A stretch of 64,000 bases of DNA from an uncultured Pseudomonadota bacterium (GTDB taxonomy: Bacteria; Pseudomonadota; Alphaproteobacteria; UBA3830), in the NCBI GenBank assembly GCA_902771535.1, contig CACXWU010000003.1:20813-84812 (forward strand). The letters are read 5' to 3'. The notes under the pieces are model-generated. The model saw only the letters and a program-made list of their open reading frames with translations. It was not told the origin of the DNA and ran no database searches. This document shows positions 59,439 through 64,000 of the stretch, one piece after another. The position numbers were made by a program, and so were the translations under genes. The first letter of the stretch is position 1; every line of letters begins with the position of its first letter.

Positions 59439-60221
59439 CTATTTCTGCAAAATATGACTCACACTGAGAGCCAATCCCGTCTTATCGTCTATTTCAACCA
59501 AAAGTCCCGAGAAAGTCCCTTCTCCCGTCGCTGGAGTTAATCGACCTGTACCGAATCCCTTCAAAAATCTTTCGATACTTACCGATTTTTGAAATCCCAA
59601 GACGGAATTGTAATCTCCGCACATACCAAGATCAGTTTGATATGCTGTGCCGTTCTCCAAAATTCGGTAATCCGCTGTCGGTATATGAATATGTGTTCCA
59701 AACACCACCGAAACTTTTCCATCCAAAAAATGTCCCATCGCGAGTTTTTCCGAGGAAACCTCTGCATGAAAATCAACAATAATCGCCGAAACATTCACCC
59801 CCAATTGATATTTGCGAAAAAATTTCTCCATGTATACGAATGGATTATCCCCAATCATAGACATATCTTTCTGTCCCAAAAGATGAACAACAACTATTTT
59901 GCGACCGTCTTGCAGAGAATATTCTCCGACGCCCCTGCCCGGCAATTTATCTGACGTATTGGCTGGCTTCAGTAAACGTTTATCAGCGGACAACATTGGG
60001 AAAATTTCTTTCTGGTCCACCAAATGATTTCCTCCGGTGAGGACATCTGCTCCTATTTCAAAAAAATGATTTGCTATCTTTGGAATTATCCCGAAACCGT
60101 GAGCAGCATTATCGACATTTACTACAACGAAATCGACCTCCTTGCGATATTGCCTTACATATTTCTCAGCGACATCTCTCCCCGAACGTCCAACGACGTC
60201 CCCGCACATCAAAAATTTCAT
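59439..60221 (-). CDS. YmdB-family metallophosphoesterase
   Basis: MKFLMCGDVVGRSGR...VVNVDNAAHGFGI...GNH...DFHAE...GTHIHIPTAD pattern of the TIGR00282/YmdB family. Confidence 0.8.
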   Translation of the reverse strand: MKFLMCGDVVGRSGRDVAEKYVRQYRKEVDFVVVNVDNAAHGFGIIPKIANHFFEIGADVLTGGNHLVDQKEIFPMLSADKRLLKPANTSDKLPGRGVGEYSLQDGRKIVVVHLLGQKDMSMIGDNPFVYMEKFFRKYQLGVNVSAIIVDFHAEVSSEKLAMGHFLDGKVSVVFGTHIHIPTADYRILENGTAYQTDLGMCGDYNSVLGFQKSVSIERFLKGFGTGRLTPATGEGTFSGLLVEIDDKTGLALSVSHILQK

Positions 60222-60232
60222 TCGGTATCCAC

Positions 60233-61213
60233 CTATTCTTCTACTTTTTTCTTCTTTGCGAAAAATTTAGGAGCAGAACGAACCAAAGTTCTCCTACCCA
60301 GCTGATGCAGTTTAGCAGAAATACTATTATCAACCAACGAATAATATGAAGGCAGAAAAGAAATATCCGATTTTATTTTGCTGGCGGCTCTGGCTATAAC
60401 CGGAGTGTCGCGCACCTGAAATTTTCTGACTTTGTTCCACGCATTATAAACCAAGGAACAGTATGGCTTGTAGTGCCTTGCGGCCTTCGAATGATAATAT
60501 CCGACAGCATGAGTCCACGAGTTATACGTATCTCTCAAACTCAAAAAAAATTTTGCAGCGTAATCTACGTTCGCTTTCGGAGTAAAGGCTTCTTCCAAAT
60601 TTTTAAATGCAGTACTGTGATGCAAAAGATTTACCTGCATACATCCGACATCAATATTGCGAATTCCTCTGGCCATCAATCTTTTTGTGGTGGCGATAGC
60701 TGCGCTCTTCGTCGAACAATAATATCCTCGTCCGTTCGCGCAAATGGTCCAAGGCCACGGTCTCTTTGACTGTCCGACCGTTCTCCCTGATTCCACCGTA
60801 GATATCGCCAACAACAAACGATTTGGCACACCGTATTTTCTCTCAGCTTTGATTATCTCACTCTCGCACAGTTCGTGTTGGCCGAAATATCTGTCTCTTT
60901 CGTCCATCTTTTTTGCGTCATTCGGAAGAGTCGAGGCGGACAATGCCGGCTCCTCGGACAACTCTTCCTCATCTTCTGTAGCCTCATTTTGTTCACTGCC
61001 TACAGAGGGAATCTTTTCTTTTTTGAAGGATAACAATAGCTTATTTGCATCCAGGGATTTACCTGTTATCAATTTAGCCGGATCGATTCCCGAATTAACC
61101 GCGGACTTCAGTCGCGACAAATCAGAATCATCTTTGTTCATGACCACATCTGCTCGCAGATCATTAACAAAAAAAATTCCTAAAAACAGTAACACTCTTA
61201 CTACATTGCTCAA
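60233..61213 (-). CDS. Lytic transglycosylase (SLT domain) protein
   Basis: Signal peptide, an acidic linker, then LLLAISTVESGR...RPWPWTI...GCMQVN, the alphaproteobacterial SLT pattern. Confidence 0.8.
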   Translation of the reverse strand: MSNVVRVLLFLGIFFVNDLRADVVMNKDDSDLSRLKSAVNSGIDPAKLITGKSLDANKLLLSFKKEKIPSVGSEQNEATEDEEELSEEPALSASTLPNDAKKMDERDRYFGQHELCESEIIKAERKYGVPNRLLLAISTVESGRTVGQSKRPWPWTICANGRGYYCSTKSAAIATTKRLMARGIRNIDVGCMQVNLLHHSTAFKNLEEAFTPKANVDYAAKFFLSLRDTYNSWTHAVGYYHSKAARHYKPYCSLVYNAWNKVRKFQVRDTPVIARAASKIKSDISFLPSYYSLVDNSISAKLHQLGRRTLVRSAPKFFAKKKKVEE

Positions 61214-61320
61214 AACTTACTCCCACTTGTTAAATAACTTAGAGCAAACCCGTTGAAATAAATTCAACAATAAACAATGTAGAACTAATTAGTTAAATCG
61301 ACGTTAATTTCAAACAAAAA

Positions 61321-61554
61321 TTATACGGACTTTATCTCAATATCCTGAGCCACAGCCTGCCGAATCGTATTTCCGACTGCATTTTCCAAAGTCATCCGTG
61401 CATGAGGACAGCAAGAACACGCCCCCTGCAATCTGACCGACAAAACATTATCCTGAAAATCAACGACCTCTATATCCCCGCCGTCAGCCTGCAACGCCGG
61501 TCTGATATACTTGTCGACGACCTCTTTTATCTGAACCAAAATATTCTCTGACAT
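61321..61554 (-). CDS. NifU-like (Nfu C-terminal domain) Fe-S assembly protein
   Basis: 77-aa ORF with IRPALQADGGDIEVVDF...LQGACSCCPHARMTL. Confidence 0.85.
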   Translation of the reverse strand: MSENILVQIKEVVDKYIRPALQADGGDIEVVDFQDNVLSVRLQGACSCCPHARMTLENAVGNTIRQAVAQDIEIKSV

Positions 61555-61688
61555 CTCGCCCTCTGATTTTTGCTACACCGAAGCCATTATACGCCAACTC
61601 AATAAATCAATCTACAAAAATAACGAGATCTTTTTAAAAAAGTAAGTAACAATTAGATATTGTAAAATTTTTCCCTAGCCAATGTTAC

Positions 61689-61717
61689 TTGATAAAATGA
61701 CTCCTGCAATATATCAT
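61689..61717 (+). promoter_or_regulatory. Candidate sigma-70 promoter of recA
   Basis: TTGATA, then 17 nt, then TATCAT, ending 28 nt upstream of the recA ATG. Confidence 0.4.
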
Positions 61718-61744
61718 TATCACCATTAGATATAAGGAACGAAC

Positions 61745-62779
61745 ATGGATAAAGAAAAAGCTCTTGAAGCGGCTCTCGCTCAAATAGAAAAAGCCTTTGG
61801 TAAGGGTTCTGTAATGAAGCTCGGGCAGCACGGTGGTGTAATAGATATCGAATCCATTTCCACCGGATCAATCGGATTGGACATGGCTCTCGGGGTCGGA
61901 GGTTTTCCAAAAGGAAGAATTATTGAGGTTTTCGGTCCGGAAAGTTCCGGTAAAACAACTTTGGCGTTGCATGCGGTCGCGGAAGCTCAGAAAGCAGGCG
62001 GAAAGTGTGCTTATGTTGACGCGGAGCACGCATTAGATCCAGTGTACGCTCGTCATCTTGGAGTAAATGTAGACGAATTGATATTGTCCCAACCGGACAC
62101 GGGAGAGCAAGCTTTGGAAATCGCCGACACCTTGGTTCGTTCGGGCGCTATTGATATTTTGGTTGTGGACAGTGTCGCGGCACTTGTTCCGAAAGCTGAA
62201 ATCGAAGGAGACATGGGCGACTCTCACATGGGACTGCAGGCTCGCCTAATGAGTCAGGCTCTTCGAAAATTGACGGCGACAGTCGCGAAATCGAATTGTA
62301 TTATGATTTTCATAAACCAAATTCGTATGAAAATCGGAGTATTTTTCGGAAATCCGGAAACAACTACCGGAGGAAATGCTTTAAAGTTCTATGCGTCGGT
62401 AAGGTTGGATATTCGCAGAATAGGATCTTTGAAGGACAAAGATGAAGTTGTTGGAAACCAAGTCCGCGTGAAAGTCGTAAAAAACAAAGTTGCGCCTCCG
62501 TTCAAGGTTGTGGAATTCGACATCATATACGGTGAGGGTATTTCCAAAGTCGGAGAGCTTTTGGATATGGGAGTAAAAATCGGAGTAGTTGAAAAGTCAG
62601 GCGCATGGTATTCATTCAACGGTGAAAAAATCGGTCAGGGAAAAGAAGCCGCTCGCAATTATCTGAAAGAACATCCGGAAATCGCTGATAAAATTGAGAA
62701 AAAAATTCGTAATAGCGGCGATCTGATTTCGGAAGTCAGTGAAGATGCTTCCAACGATTCGGAGATGTCTAATAATTAA
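61745..62779 (+). CDS. recA: Recombinase RecA
   Basis: 344-aa ORF with [29 protein letters not shown] and [11 protein letters not shown]. Confidence 0.97.
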   Translation: MDKEKALEAALAQIEKAFGKGSVMKLGQHGGVIDIESISTGSIGLDMALGVGGFPKGRIIEVFGPESSGKTTLALHAVAEAQKAGGKCAYVDAEHALDPVYARHLGVNVDELILSQPDTGEQALEIADTLVRSGAIDILVVDSVAALVPKAEIEGDMGDSHMGLQARLMSQALRKLTATVAKSNCIMIFINQIRMKIGVFFGNPETTTGGNALKFYASVRLDIRRIGSLKDKDEVVGNQVRVKVVKNKVAPPFKVVEFDIIYGEGISKVGELLDMGVKIGVVEKSGAWYSFNGEKIGQGKEAARNYLKEHPEIADKIEKKIRNSGDLISEVSEDASNDSEMSNN

Positions 62780-62817
62780 TAAAATGATGAAGATATAACA
62801 ATATCAAACAGAAATAA

Positions 62818-62851
62818 AGAGGGAAAATTAGAAATTCCCTCTTTTGTCTTT
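62818..62851 (+). terminator. Rho-independent terminator after recA
   Basis: Stem agagggaa / ttccctct with a 10-nt loop, followed by tttgtcttt. Confidence 0.65.
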
Positions 62852-62915
62852 AAAAATTCAGAAAAAAATGTTAGAATGAAAATGTTTTTGGGATATTTAT
62901 CATTAGGTGGAAGTT

Positions 62916-63404
62916 ATGGCTGAATTTTTTGAAGGGCAGTATGTTGTTTACCCTGCGCATGGTGTCGGTGTAATAAAAGGTATTGAAGTTCAAGAAATCG
63001 CAGGAGAAAAAGTTCAGGTCCTGGTTATATCATTTTCAAAAGACAAGATGGTTGTAAGGTTACCGGTAAACAAATCCATACGGCAAAAAGTTCGCAATTT
63101 GTGTTCAAAAGATGTTATGCAGGAGGCTTTAAATTGTTTAAAAACTCCGTCCAAATCGAGAAAAATGATTTGGAGTCGTCGCGCTCAGGAATATGAAAAT
63201 AAAATTAACTCGGGAGATCCCGTTTCGATAGCTCAGGTTATCAGAGATCTGCACAGAAATCCTAATCAACCGGAGCATTCATACAGTGAAAGGCAGATTT
63301 ATAAAGAGGCACTTTCTCGTCTGTCCAAGGAGTATGCCATAGTCGAGGATGTTACCGAAGATAAAGCTTTGGGCATTTTGGAAGAGGCGTTGAAAGTCGC
63401 TTAG
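62916..63404 (+). CDS. carD: CarD-family transcriptional regulator
   Basis: FEGQYVVYPAHGVGVIKGIE...VLVISF is the RNAP-interacting Tudor-like domain. A helical C-domain follows. The ATG at 62916 lies behind aggtgga. Confidence 0.85.
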   Translation: MAEFFEGQYVVYPAHGVGVIKGIEVQEIAGEKVQVLVISFSKDKMVVRLPVNKSIRQKVRNLCSKDVMQEALNCLKTPSKSRKMIWSRRAQEYENKINSGDPVSIAQVIRDLHRNPNQPEHSYSERQIYKEALSRLSKEYAIVEDVTEDKALGILEEALKVA

Positions 63405-63570
63405 AATTGTCAGGACGTAAAGAAATCGCTTTCTCCATGTTGTAGATTATGTTGTGTTGAAAGTTTGGTTGCATGGTTGATTTCGTCCAAAAAATATGAC
63501 TTCAGGTTTGGAACGAAGTTTTGTATAATGCCTGTGTAATAATTGTGTTTTGGGTTCAGGAAATTTTGTG

Positions 63571-64000
63571 ATGGCGGAAAATAAGAAAAAATATAATGCC
63601 GAATCAATTACGGTGTTACGTGGATTGGAAGCGGTAAAAAAGCGTCCGGGTATGTATATCGGAGATACAGATGACGGCACGGGATTGCATCATATGGTTT
63701 TCGAGGTAGTGGATAACGCTATCGATGAATCCTTGGCGGGTTATTGTGATTTGATAAAAGTTACCATTCACAAAGATGGTTCAGTGTCTGTTCTGGATGA
63801 CGGTCGGGGTATCCCTGTCGATATCCACCCGGAGGAAGGCGTTTCCGCGGCTGAGGTTATCATGACTCACTTGCACGCCGGTGGGAAATTTGATCAGAAC
63901 GCATACAAAATATCCGGTGGTCTTCACGGAGTAGGTGTTTCCGTTGTAAACGCGCTGTCCGACAGATTGGACCTTTCCATTTGGAGAGGTGGTAAAGAAT
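63571..64000 (+). CDS. gyrB: DNA gyrase subunit B, N-terminal part (runs off the window edge)
   Basis: My translation is [53 protein letters not shown]...GGKFD, the GHKL ATPase N-terminus. Confidence 0.95.
   Translation, partial: MAENKKKYNAESITVLRGLEAVKKRPGMYIGDTDDGTGLHHMVFEVVDNAIDESLAGYCDLIKVTIHKDGSVSVLDDGRGIPVDIHPEEGVSAAEVIMTHLHAGGKFDQNAYKISGGLHGVGVSVVNALSDRLDLSIWRGGKE

Noticed and set aside
61555-61744. A LexA/SOS box upstream of recA.
   Set aside because: I looked for the alphaproteobacterial GTTC-N7-GTTC or GAAC-N7-GAAC pattern and the E. coli CTGT-N8-ACAG pattern and found neither. Only a sigma-70-like promoter is apparent.

Overview
The window is moderately AT-rich (judged by eye, not computed) and densely coding. 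The gene content points to an alphaproteobacterium with an intracellular or host-associated lifestyle, probably Rickettsiales- or Holosporales-like. This is an inference from the rpmF-plsX-fabH-ihfA order, an RcGTA-type terminase, an Rsm22-like methyltransferase, CarD, SecB, hflKC-htrA, split glyQS, ThyX, and an iscS-iscU-iscA-hscB-hscA-fdx operon.

The housekeeping backbone is pheST, glyQS, clpB, thyX, folD, secB, polA, the ISC operon, nadK, rpmG, fabI, ihfA, fabH, plsX, rpmF, ligA, miaA, htrA, hflKC, recA, carD and gyrB. There is also one tripartite RND efflux operon and two tRNAs, Lys-CTT and Thr-GGT.

Accessory loci interrupt this backbone:
- The most striking is a tandem array of three signal-peptide-bearing leucine-rich-repeat (LRR) proteins at 4.2-8.6 kb. 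Each sits behind a near-identical leader of about 180 nt plus signal-peptide cassette. A stranded relic of the neighbouring efflux gene's 3' end records segmental duplication.
- A tRNA-Lys-centred mosaic at 19-25 kb holds a secreted HExxH protein, an orphan GTA-like terminase with a coupled mini-ORF, a Vat-type acetyltransferase with an in-frame TGA at a conserved Trp, and a GT25 glycosyltransferase.
- A secreted tandem-repeat protein carries an Arg/Lys/Asn tract that resembles a nuclear localization signal.
- The remaining items are an orphan secreted 456-aa protein, an orphan usher-like outer-membrane protein, an orphan TadE-like protein, and a pair of small hydrophobic ORFs.

I saw no CRISPR array, transposase or rRNA. 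All homology statements rest on motif recognition by eye; no database search was run.
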